Part shown: positions 13,119 to 29,074 of the stretch, one piece after another
How positions within the stretch are numbered: position 1 is the first letter of the stretch
Layout of the letters: every line of letters begins with the position of its first letter
Assembly: GCA_964016885.1 (NCBI GenBank)
Contig: OZ024741.1
Location: forward strand, 90,706,001-90,770,000
Origin: Eledone cirrhosa
Taxonomy: Eukaryota
DNA length: 64,000 nt
Reading direction: 5' to 3'
Made by a program: the position numbers and the translations under genes
Notes under the pieces: model-generated
The model's database searches: none
What the model saw: only the letters and a program-made list of their open reading frames with translations
What the model was told of the DNA's origin: nothing

Positions 13119-14340
13119 CATCCCTCCCTTCTTCTCACCCCCTCCTTATCACACGCAAACACCCACCGGTACATATATTCACGCGCTCACACTAAACACA
13201 CACCCTACTACCACCACTAACCCTCACCCCCACACATCCACCCCACCACTCCGCAACTAACATCACTAACACCCCCCGACCCCAAGCACACGAACACACA
13301 CACCCACTTACACCACCCACTCTACACGCAACTAACATCACTAACACCCCCAACCCTACGCACACGAACACACACACCCTCTTACACCACCCACTCTACA
13401 CACTCTACCACCACTGACCTCCACTCACACCCGCATTCAACCCTTTCTCCACCTCCAGTATACTAACACCCACTAACACCCCCTTCACCACACACACACT
13501 CATCCAAACACGCACACACACACCAGTACACTACAATCCCTCCATCGGCCCCCACACCCTTCTCTCCCCGCTCCACCCACACCCTTTCTCAAACACACAC
13601 ACATCCCACTAACACCTCTACTAATACACACACACGCCCTCCTCACTCCAACTTTCGCACCTACCCATCCTCTCCCCTGTCCACCGCACCTCCGCACACA
13701 CTGACACACCGACTTTCTTCACTTACCATTTACCCTACTGCTGCTATGCCTCTCTGACCACCTCCCCGCACACACAGACACACAACACTCCTGCCTTGAC
13801 CCTCTGACCACTTCCTGTTGCGCGCGCACCCCACATCTCCCCTCTTCCGACCAATCTCTTCACGGATTACACATATGTGAACCTTGATCCTGAGAATCCA
13901 CCACACACACACGTGCGTACCACCACATATTTACACATTCAGCCTCTGGAATCCTCTCCCCCCACCCCTCTATCCACACACGCACACACACTCCGACCTA
14001 CACCCCACCCCACACACACCTCTTCCTGAACATGCAACCCCGTTCTTCCCCCAACTCTTACTTTCACATACACACACACACACGTACACCTACACACACA
14101 CACCACCTTCAGCCCTCCCCGCTCGGACACCCCGTCTCCCTCTCCCCACTCCACCCGCCACCACTCCTATACGCCCACACCCTTCCACCACCTGTTTTAC
14201 TCCATGTGTATTTTTAATTTTATTTTGATCATGCCTTTATATTTAATTTCATTTGTACCGTTTCCTCTCACCCCTTTTTTCTATATGTCTCTCCACCACT
14301 CCCCTACACACCCTTGGAACTCTCTTCCCACACTCTTTTC

Positions 14341-14372
14341 ACCTGAAGAAGGGCTTATGCCCGAAACGTCGT
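14341..14372 (+). ncRNA. Minimal hammerhead-like motif
   Basis: ac-CTGAAGA-A-gggc-ttat-gccc-GAAACGTC-gt; palindromic ACGT; very short stem I. Confidence 0.65.
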
Positions 14373-14460
14373 TCCCACCACCACCCCACTCTCAAGATCG
14401 TGAAACTAATAAACCTTTGTTCGTACTGCCTCTCTGTTTTATTCCCGTTCAATTTTTTAC

Positions 14461-14570
<110 letters not shown>

Positions 14571-14629
14571 TATACACACATACATATACACACACACATA
14601 CATTTATATATATATGTACATACTTATAT

Positions 14630-14680
<51 letters not shown>

Positions 14681-14723
14681 CACACACATATACATATATA
14701 TATATACACATATATATATATAT

Positions 14724-14762
<39 letters not shown>

Positions 14763-14845
14763 CACATATATACACACATACACACATATATATATACAAA
14801 CGCACACCCACACCCACATATATATATACACATATATACACACAT

Positions 14846-14926
<81 letters not shown>

Positions 14927-15188
14927 TATATGTACACATACATATACATACATATACATACACACACATATATATATATACACACATACACACAAATATA
15001 TACACATACAAATAAATAAGTACTCAATAAATATACACATATACACAGGCACATAAAAACAGCTCTACAGGCAGAAAATGCAGATAGGTAAGAGGTACTC
15101 ACATAACCATAGTGGCCGTATTTCAGGATGAGGAGGGGTGGTGGTAGGGTGGGAAGGAAGTATAGAGGCTAATAGGAGGAGGTCGTTT

Positions 15189-17339
15189 TTAGCCATCGGG
15201 CTTTAACACTGGCTTAAAGTATTTGAAAGTTGCAAAGTTCTTGTGCATGCAGTTCGGGCAGTGTTCAGAGAGTTTGTTCAGTAGCGGGCCCTTGGCGAAT
15301 AAAATTTCGTAGCTCTCTGAGATACAAAGGTCGCAGCCCTTGTGTCCTCCGTTGTAAGAGCGCGCTTTCTGGAGTATTTTCCATTTAAGCGTGAAGGGGT
15401 TGGAGTTCCTTTTGAGGTCCCAAACATAGGAGGCGAGTGTTGTCTGGTTTGATTTGTCGGGTCTTCTGAAGGAGTGGGTATGGGCATACCAACGGGTCTT
15501 AAAGTTATTGGAGGTCATGCCGATGTAAGTTTTTTTGTTATTGCGATCATCGGTGCCTGAGATGACATCGCATTTGTATACGATATCATTTTTGAGGCAT
15601 TTGTTTTCAAGTGGGCATGCTCCCTTATTTAGGCAATTACACAAAGCCCCAGTCCGGGGATTGGGTTCGGAGGTGGTTGGCTTATTTAATTTTTTAGAAT
15701 TGTGGTTGGCTATATTCCTAGCTAGGTTAGGTGTGGTGGAGTAGGAGAGTCTTATTGTGTTCTTATTAAAGATGGTGTGGTACCTATGTTGTATGGGGAA
15801 GTGTAATTTCAGCAAAGTGAAGAAAATCCTAGCTATCGGTGTAGAGACCTCTCTATTGAAGGGAGGGTTGTACCAGCTAATCTGCCTATGCCTATTCCTC
15901 CTCTGCAACCTTGCGGTGATTTCTAGGTAGGTTATCTTTTCTTTAAATCCGCCGCGGGTGAGGGCGTCATTATAGTAGGAGGCAGAGGCGTTAAAAATAT
16001 CTTTGTTGGCGGAGAGGCCAGATATTCTAATAGAGACGCTTTTTACTAGGTTATCAGTTATGTTTTGGGGGTGGTTTGAATTAACATTAATATATCTAAA
16101 GGACTCGTTAGGTTTGTGGTACGGGTAGTAGAGGGAAGTATCTAGGTCGAGAGTGACATCCAAGAAGTTGGCCCTAGTCAAATTAGATTCTATAGTTATA
16201 CTAAATCCTAGATTAGAGAAGAACGAGGTTAAATTTTTCCCGAACACATCGGTGGTTCTGGGGTTAACCTTGTACAGGGCGAAGAGGCCGTCGTCTCGGT
16301 ATAAACCTCCGGTTAGGCCGGTAAAGAGGTTCTTCAGGTGATGTAGGATGTACAAGCCCACAAGGTCGCTAATTTCAGCCGAGTCACTCGCTCCCTTGCT
16401 AACGTCAAATGGGGTCTGAGATTTCTTGTTGATCCAGTAAGATCCATCGTGGTATAGAAAGGTCTTACGGGCGTGGAGGATAACAACTTGCTCAGCATCG
16501 GTAATGGTGGTAAAATTCCTGGCAAAGTTAATTGCGTCCTTCAGAAGGGGCTCCGAGATAGAGGCATAGTAGTTTTCTATGTCGAGTTGCAGGAAGCGAG
16601 TGTGGTGTTTTTCGGGTAATTATTGGAACCAGGATATTGCCTCAGATGTTCTGCTCCAGAGTGGGAGTGGTGAGGCAGCCCGCAATGATGGTAGAACTCT
16701 ATCCAGGATCTTCTTACTGATAGAGCCGATGTCTGAACGAGTGGGGTTGATAAGTCTGACTGATGGTTTGTTGAGGAAGTTTCCCTTATGGTCCTTCAGG
16801 GTAAAGTGCGGGGTCTTTACCCTTAAAGGTTCGGTTCGGTCATGTAATTTAAGGGACTTGGCGATTTCTTTTCCGGCCGCGTTTGTCTCAGTCAATGCCA
16901 TCTCTATTACCTTTTTGTAGGTGGTCGTGATGGCATTTTTTTCCAGCTTATTGTAGGTCTGTGGGTCTACCTCATAAACGTTTTTGGTTTTATCGGAGGA
17001 GACATAAAGATTAGGGGATTTTTTTATATTCCGCAATTCGGCATTTAAGTAGGCCTGGAATGGTGTGGTGGCTCTACGGAATTTTATATCTTTGATCATC
17101 TTGAAGAGGTCTTCTTCAAACGGTTGGAGTAGGCTGTTGGTGGGTGGTGTCTTATTCGTTTTGAAGCCGAACTTCTCATCATTGGGAGATGCTACATCAG
17201 GGTTGTCGAGGAAGAAGGCCCTCCATCTAATTCGCTTGATGAACTCGTCGGTACGTCTGATGAGAGTTTTTAGGTATAGTTTCCTTGGAGGGATAGGGAT
17301 GTTCTTCATGGAGACATCAAGGTCGAGTTTGGTCAGCAT
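15189..17339 (-). pseudogene. Full-length PLE RT plus GIY-YIG ORF (716 codons, Nematis-like) with one in-frame TAA
   Basis: ORFs 16620-17339 and 15189-16361 are in the same frame. Reading through TAA 16620-16622 gives FLQLDIENYYASI, FDVSKGASDSAEISDLVG, GLYRDDG, CNC...CPL...C, VYKC...YIGMT, CDLC. Confidence 0.93.
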
Positions 17340-17373
17340 GGTTTCTTGATGATGGTTATAAGGGGCACAGAGA

Positions 17374-17471
<98 letters not shown>

Positions 17472-17530
17472 ATGTGTGTGTGTGTATGTATGTATATATG
17501 TGTATATATATGTATATATGTATGTATAAG

Positions 17531-17623
<93 letters not shown>

Positions 17624-17629
<6 letters not shown>

Positions 17630-18431
17630 GTTAAAAATGTACATCCACATATGTATACTGAAATACTAGTATGCATATGAATACACACACGTGTACATAT
17701 GTAGATGTACCGAGGTTTTCGAAAACCAGTATGACTCTAAAAACCGGTTTGTCTGTGTTTACATACAGACTAGCTGAACACTCACAGTAAAGTGTCCAGT
17801 GAAAAACTCGGTACATCTACATATGTACACGTGTGTGTATTCATATGCATACTAGTATTTCAGTATACATATGTGGATGTACATTTTTAACTTAATTGTT
17901 TAAGCGTCAGTCATACAAAAGTGAGTTACAAACGAAGCGAAATTTAATTTCGTTTCGTTATTTGTTTTTATCGTCTCCGCTGAACCGGTACGTACTCACG
18001 CTCTATGCAAATTAGTCTGCCCACTACTAATTTTCATAGAAAAAGCATATAACGATATGTGCTTTTACGATTCTCTAGAAAGGCCGGGGGATAGGTAAAT
18101 ATTGCTGATGAGATGTAACAACATCGAAACTAGTCCAATATTCCTGTCTGGCTTTCTGGAGAATAGAGGAAAGGTGTTTCCTCGAAAACCAGTATGACTC
18201 TAAAAACCGGTTTGTCTGTGTTTACATACAGACTAGCTGAACACTCACAGTAAAGTGTCCAGTGAAAAACTCGGTACATCTACATATGTACACGTGTGTG
18301 TATTCATATGCATACTAGTATTTCAGTATACATATGTGGATGTACATTTTTAACTTAATTGTTTAAGCGTCAGTCATACAAAAGTGAGTTACAAACGAAG
18401 CGAAATTTAATTTCGTTTCGTTATTTGATTT
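17624..18431 (+). mobile_element. Retrozyme-like non-coding element (463-bp period, about 1.5 units, 5' inversion)
   Basis: 17719-17964 is repeated at 18182-18427; 17624-17714 is inverted relative to 17807-17897; HHR lies in the unique part; (TA)n on both sides. Confidence 0.82.
18071..18163 (+). ncRNA. Canonical type I hammerhead ribozyme with extended stem I
   Basis: aatattg-CTGATGA-gatgt-aaca-acatc-GAAA-ctag-TC-caatatt (18098-18142); outer pairing ttctctagaaagg...cc / ggctttctggagaa. Confidence 0.92.
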
Positions 18432-18447
18432 TATATATATATATATA

Positions 18448-18488
<41 letters not shown>

Positions 18489-18499
18489 GTGTATATGTA

Positions 18500-19303
<804 letters not shown>

Positions 19304-19304
19304 G

Positions 19305-19637
19305 TAGATAAATCTACCAAAATGTACGGTAATGTCCAATCCGTATGAAGAACTCAATGTAATCCAAATATCATGAAAAGAGATGTATTCAAAAATTTTT
19401 TTTTAGATGAAAAACACAGGAAAACAGAGTCAAGATAAATTCATAAAAATAATGAATAAAAACAAAGAAACAGTTCCTTATATAAAAAAATTCATCATTT
19501 TACGATCGTTTCTAGGATATATATGTGTGTGTTGGTATGTATATCATATAGATCTATATATCCTAGAAACGATCGTAAAATGATGAATTTTTTAATATAA
19601 GGAACTGTTTCTTTGTTTTTATTCATTATTTTTATTA

Positions 19638-19640
<3 letters not shown>
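19305..19640. mobile_element. Fold-back PLE-terminus fragment
   Basis: Arms at about 19445-19522 and 19555-19633; each carries the HHR 3' half GAAACGATCGTA (palindrome ACGATCGT). Confidence 0.65.
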
Positions 19641-19686
<46 letters not shown>

Positions 19687-19711
19687 ACCCCATATATATA
19701 TATATATATAT

Positions 19712-19742
<31 letters not shown>

Positions 19743-19793
19743 ATAATATATATATATATATATATATATAATAATATATATATATATATATAT

Positions 19794-19833
<40 letters not shown>

Positions 19834-19910
19834 TAATAAAAATAATGAATAAAAACATATATATATATATATATATATACACAACCTCATATATATATAT
19901 ATATATATAT

Positions 19911-20006
<96 letters not shown>

Positions 20007-21492
20007 GATTGTGTATGTGTGTGTACTCTTCCCTTCTCTCGTTTGTGCATACTTCAATTTCAGATACATTTTTCTCCACGTTATGAAGTTATTGCTAGGA
20101 ATCAGACACCGACACTCAAGCTGTGGAAGAAATTCATATACATTTTAACTCATCTTTATGTTACACTTACATAATTTTTTTTTTTTTTTTTTTTTTTTGT
20201 AGCATGATCATTATCGTTAACCAAGTAAATCCTTTATTTCAAAGCTAATGAAAAAAATATGACATCTCTTGATTCTTATTATCTTATTTTAAAATTTACA
20301 TATCTGTTCCTTCACCACCATCTTACTTTTCCTTCTTCAGTGAGAAACGATATTCTTTACCATAATTTCTGAGAGAATAATTGTCAATTAAGAAATTAAA
20401 GCATCCAGTTTCTCTGAGTTGCAGTAGGAGTTGTCTGTTAAAATATTATCATCGTCTAGGTATTCCTACTTACTAACGACTCTTGAAAACGGCTAAGTGT
20501 TGACCAAATATTATAACATAAGCAGAAGTAATTCAAGTAGAAGTCAGGTTTTTAACCGGACTTCGATATGAAACACTAACTCTTCAATTTCAATTCTTTC
20601 CACTTACTAGATGCTTCATTTCAGAAATCATTTATAGAGGAATTAAGATTGCCGCGTATTCTAAATGGAAAAAATATTTCATTATGAAAAATATCGACCT
20701 TTTATTTTCATTTTTGTTTTCCAAGCTGCTTTGAAGGACTTAATCATGAATGTATTTTTTATAGCAGTCTTTTAAAAGAAGTATCACAGATTAACAGACA
20801 GTTGATATTAAAATAGAAATTCCTAAAGACGTTACATTAGAATATTGATACATAAAAAATAAAAAAATTTAAAGGGATAAATTATGTATTAGATTTATTT
20901 ATTTCAAATCTGTAAGTAACTTCATCGTAGATCGTAGATTGAAACTGAAATAATTACATCGTAGAAAAGCCATGGTAGCACTTTAAAGCACATATGTATC
21001 TTTATAGTCACTTTGCTGTTATTGTTGTTTAGGTCTTAGGTCAAAAGCGTGGAAGAAAACCTGTAATAAAAGACAAGACATTTCAGCCCTTTATAGCACA
21101 GCTATTTATGTCGAACTGAATACAAAACATACCTGAAATGAAGTGCATTCGTTTGGAAAACGGAAAATAAATAAATATTTATGCAAAACATGGCGTAAAA
21201 CAATTCGTTATTCAACATGTCTTACCTTTTAGACAGTTCAATGTAGTCTGATGGTGAGTTGACTGCTCTTTCTAGAAGACAGAGTGGCCACGTAGGAGGT
21301 CTCTCGCTATTTGCTATATTCACTTTCATTTTAAGTTGTGACGCTATTGCATATTATAAACATTGTAATATTTCTTTGGCCAGGTCACTGGTACAATTCA
21401 GTTCCCCAGAAAATGTATTCCTGTTTTCTGTAAAGATATAATTGGAATTGATATAAAAACTCTTAACATAATGTCTAAAAACGGTGCTTGAT

Positions 21493-23435
<1,943 letters not shown>

Positions 23436-23745
23436 ATGGTCAAAGGCAAAACGATGGCCACTGACGTCGTCTGAGCTTTTAGTTGTGTATTTGAGAACTC
23501 ATCGGTTTCCAATCAAGTAGCGTGAGGAAATTTGGTTTAGTGTTAGATGTCATTACCTCCCTCCCCCAGCATGCCCCTTCGTCAGTCACCCGCGTTTCTC
23601 AGTGATAGAGGTGATCACCACCCTCTCCCGCATGGCCTGTGTGTGGCCATAGATGAGTTTTCGAGAAGCAGTCGCTAATATCAACACCTTTTCATCAATG
23701 CAGATATTATTTTACCTACCCAGGCAACGCTGGGTACTGTTGCTA

Positions 23746-23799
<54 letters not shown>

Positions 23800-24223
23800 G
23801 TTCGGCGTGATTCAAGAGTGCTATGTACGTTCCTTGTGGTAATTTCTGAAAGAGTTATATGTTGATATAAACCGATTTTAAAAGGATGTCCTATTGGGCT
23901 GGTATGTGAGCTAGTATTGCAATGTGTTTATTTGCCTTGTACATAATACTCTCATTCATTTATCAGTGTTTTAGCAATTACAGTTATCTCCACTTTACAT
24001 TATCGGTGCGATGGTGAATTATTCTGTGGCATGTAACGAACGACGTTGTCTTTATATTAATCATATAGTTGATTTTAGCATTGTGAATAATTTTTCAAAT
24101 TTATAATTTTTCTAGTAACACTTTCGACTATATAACTATTTTATGCCAGAAGACAACGTTTTTCTATATTAGAATATTAGAATATTGCAAGTGATCGGTG
24201 TCGCTGGAGGCTGGAACTAGACA

Positions 24224-24319
<96 letters not shown>

Positions 24320-24711
24320 CATGCACGCTTACGATGCCATTTCTTCAAATATGTGAGACTAAAAAAGAAGAAAAATCGGCGTGGCGGCCCTGCTCCTAAC
24401 GCAACTCCCCCACCACTCTTTTCTCTTTTATTTTCTCTCTCTCACTCTTTCTGTCTCATATATAAGCGTGACATGTTACACTATATTTTCAACAGCTTTA
24501 GTATAATAGAAGATTATTTAACTAATTATGTTATCATGCGAATGCCCGATATGCAAATTAGACCCGCCATTTTACTTATGCTTTACATTCTGCTTGACAT
24601 AAATTGCAGCCTCTTTAGGGAGAACTATTAGGCAGAACCATTGGAGTACTTATCTACTGACGGAAAAATAATAATCTATTAAACAAAGTGTGTTTACAGA
24701 TCATTATTTTC

Positions 24712-24797
24712 ATTTCATCATTACGGGGTCGATAAAATAAAGTACCAGTAATGTACTGAATAATTGCTGGCCTTGTGCCAAAACTAGAAACAATTAT
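24712..24797 (+). mobile_element. SINE 3' fragment
   Basis: ttacggggtcgataaaataaagtaccagtaatgtactg...ggccttgtgccaaaactagaaacaatta. Confidence 0.75.
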
Positions 24798-25169
24798 TTT
24801 CAGCGAGGCATATACCTAAAAATATTTTTGTTGTATTTATAGTAAATTTATCTCAAATCTTCAACGCTATATTTTGCATGAATATTTATTTTCAGTAGAT
24901 TACATTTACCAAAGGAATGCACTTCATTCAACTTAGACTATTTCAGGTATGATTTATATTTCGCTTGACATGAGTAGATATGCTATAAAGGGCTCTCGGT
25001 GGCAGTGCCGTGAGTTTACTAATGCACGATTCAAATTTGATAGATCTGTATGTGTATGTGTTTATATGTGTGCATGTGTCTATGTGTGTGTAGGTGTATC
25101 CGTCTTTGCGTTTACCTTTATTGTTTGTGTCCCGTAAGGTAGCAGTTCAACAAATAGTACTGGCGCTAA

Positions 25170-25749
<580 letters not shown>

Positions 25750-25762
25750 ATATATATATATA

Positions 25763-26008
25763 AACTTACATTTTAGATCTAGCTCCGTTTAATTGATTAT
25801 TTGTCTAGTTAATTTCTACGGGCTAAGAGGAAAGACTAGGTAAATTTTATCTGACTGTTCCTCACAGAGGATAGTCTGCGTCATTTATCTATTATTTCTT
25901 CGAAGTTACATTTTAAACTTAGCGCCGTTTAAATGATTATTCATCTAGTTAATTTTTACGGACTAGGGAGAAGAAAAATTGGGTATATTTCATCTGACTG
26001 TTCTTCAA
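25763..26008. repeat. Diverged tandem duplication, period about 141 bp
   Basis: ttacatttta...ccgtttaa.tgattatt..tctagttaattt.tacgg...tctgactgttc.tca occurs twice. Confidence 0.75.
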
Positions 26009-26044
26009 ACTTGCAATTTTATATATATATATATATATATGTGT

Positions 26045-26141
<97 letters not shown>

Positions 26142-26207
26142 TGTGTGTGTGTGTGTATATATATATATTCATGTATATATATATATGCATGTATATATGT
26201 ATGTGCG

Positions 26208-26286
<79 letters not shown>

Positions 26287-26295
26287 GTGTGTGTT

Positions 26296-26655
26296 AGGTT
26301 ACAGGTGGTGTGCCGTTCGAAGCACTCGATGCTGCTACGATCTCTGTCTCGTTTTGGCTGTAGTGTGCAGTGTAAATAAAGTAGGATCGAAGTCAGTGTT
26401 GCAGCCTATATATAAACTTTATTGGCATATTACAATTGTTTTGATATTGAACAGCTCAGGGTACAATCATAATGATCGAGGCCCGTCTCTTCCTCGACAT
26501 CTCAGATATGAAAGTTTATATGTCTAAAGCTCTACAATTATAATTTCGAGGAAGCGTCGGACCCCAGCCATTATGATTGTACCCTGAGCTGATCGATATT
26601 TGAACAATTGTAATATGCCAATAAAGTTTATATATATGCTGCAACATTGACTTTC
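26296..26655 (-). mobile_element. Fold-back element F3 copy c (degenerate HHR at 26424-26510)
   Basis: Arms at about 26389-26497 and 26546-26654; catat-CTGA(deletion)-gatgtcga-ggaAGAGACgggc...cccTGAGCTGT-tcaatatc-AAAA-caattg-TA-atatg. Confidence 0.72.
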
Positions 26656-27981
26656 TTTATGTATATATATATATATATAAATATATGAAAATATGGGTGA
26701 GAAGAATACTGCTGGTTGCACATGGATAACATGTTATAAAATGAGTCCCTCATCAGTGATTTACCAAACAATCATGGGTATTTCATCGCATTAAAAATCA
26801 TATACCTCACGTTGGAGCGATAATAACTAAAATAAGTTATTAGGACAATAGAAACGCGTAAAGCGAGTGAGACAAGTAAACAACACAGGGGGAAGCTAAC
26901 CGAAGATGGAAACATATATATATGACATTTACCAACATTATTGTAGCCTAACTTTTCAAGTGTTTTTCTCGAAACGACTTTGCATAGCATAACTTTATCA
27001 AAAACATTATTTTGTAAAGTAATTTTAACTATGGACTAATTTTAGATAAAGAATAATTGAATAATTTTATATATATATATATAAATAGAATGTCTATTTG
27101 AAATAAATTTAAAAAGAATATAAACAGTAAGAATATTTCTATCAGGCATTGGCTTTACAACTTAAGTGCTAAAGAGCACAGATAATTAAATCGATAGTTA
27201 CATCCAGCATCAAATCTACTTATCAAAACTAAATTTCATGTAACAGTTATTTTTATATACTATTTATTAAATAATTGTAGTTATAGATCAATTTTAACTG
27301 CATGATAATATTTTAATATACGATGAAAATAGAATTCCAATTGGAAAATTTATTGAAAAATAAAATCAAATACCTATAAAAATATACAGATTCGTAGATT
27401 ATTTTTTGTTGTAGACTATCACCAGAGTTGACGTCGAATGCACTTCAGCCTGCATGCAAATTAAGTGTTCCATGAACTACGCTGTTTCTCCTGCTCCCGA
27501 ACATCCTCGTAGCTAAACAACGTCGGGTGATTCAGTTAGGTACCCTACTGATCAAATGGTACCCTTTTTAAAGATGAAGGCACGAGCACTCCATCCTTTC
27601 AAGGTCGATATGTACCAATACTGAAGTTGATGCTTTCTCTGGAAAAAATCGACTGCATTCTGATATGGAGAGAAATGGGCTTTGTCGGGTTTATAACGCC
27701 ATGTGTCATGACACCATCCCTATTTTATAAATGTTAGTGGAAACTATTTATATTTAGACTTCCTCTCTCAGACCACATTATTGTGAATAACTTTTTCTCC
27801 GTTTAATAAGGAAGAAAATTAATTAGTTTTAAATATATATGTTGATTACATTTTGAAACCCCATGTTTTGGCTCAAACTTTTATCACAACCATTGCTGCT
27901 GCTACTGACAATCCTCTCTGTACTGCCTTAGTCTTTTCTCCTAACCTCTACTTTTCTCTGTCTCACACACACACACACACA

Positions 27982-28047
<66 letters not shown>

Positions 28048-28214
28048 GTCTCTCTCTCTCTCTCTCTCTTTCTCTCGCTCGCTCGCTCGCTCGCGCTCTC
28101 TCTTTTCATTTTTGATACGATCCTTTACACAAAAATTATCTTTAGCGTTCTATCTTACGTCGATAAAATAAGTATCACACAAAGTGAAACAAGCGTTTTA
28201 ATGTCATTTTCACA

Positions 28215-28558
28215 TCCATTTTGCCCTAACTTTATTTCCTCCTTCATCATCGATAGTCATGTCTTCCATTTCCATTACTTCTTCCACATTAGTTTCCAAT
28301 TCTACTCTCAGCTAGTCATTTTCGTCTTTCCTCAACACATGATCAAACCATCTACACCATTTCTTTTTACAATATTCATCACTGGCTGCATTTATCACTC
28401 TCAGCAATTCTTAGTTTGTCTTCCGTTCTGTGAATGATACTCTGCTCATCCATTGAACTGTTCTTTCCACCCTACTCTTCTATTCCACATTCATCACTAA
28501 TGTTTCGCTCACATAAATCATGGCACTTCTCACACATGCAATATGTACCTTCTACTTC
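28215..28558 (-). pseudogene. Decayed RTE-like RT C-terminal fragment
   Basis: Minus-strand YIACVRSAMIYVSET...RWFDHVLRKDE resembles the RTE thumb region motifs YGSETW and RWFGHV; several stops and frameshifts. Confidence 0.6.
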
Positions 28559-29074
28559 AGTAGCGAGGGCAAACAAAGCGGGGTAAAGGCTGAAAGGCGA
28601 CTTGCAGCAGCACCACCACAAGCATCACTACCAACAACAATCACACCACCACCAGCATCACCACAAACACCAACATCACAAACACAACAAGGCACGCACA
28701 CCCAACAGCAGCAACAAGAAAATAGCAACAAAACCAAACCACTCGCCCAAAATTACACAGCCATAAACGTTGCAAATAAAGAACTTATGGAACATATAAA
28801 GTAGTACACGGACATACAGACAACAATTACTACACCCCACCAACACCAAGAACATTACCGAAAAACATAAAAATTGTTGAGATCAAACTGGAACATATAA
28901 ACATTTAAAACAAAAATTCCCCAACTGCGTTGGGGACTTCAGAGGGTCGCTTACCAAGAGGACATACACGGTTATTATCTTGGAGACACCCATGACCGGC
29001 CGAAGGGATGCTTTGACTGTCTCTTTCCCACATGATCATGTCTCTTTCCCACATGATCATGTCCCTTTCCCACC

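Noticed and set aside
16620-16622. Selenocysteine recoding as in Naiad PLEs
   Set aside because: The stop is TAA, not TGA, and the domain order is RT then GIY-YIG.
28520-28804. 94-aa Q/T/P-rich ORF
   Set aside because: Low-complexity CAA/CAC-rich sequence between TE fragments; no recognisable domain.
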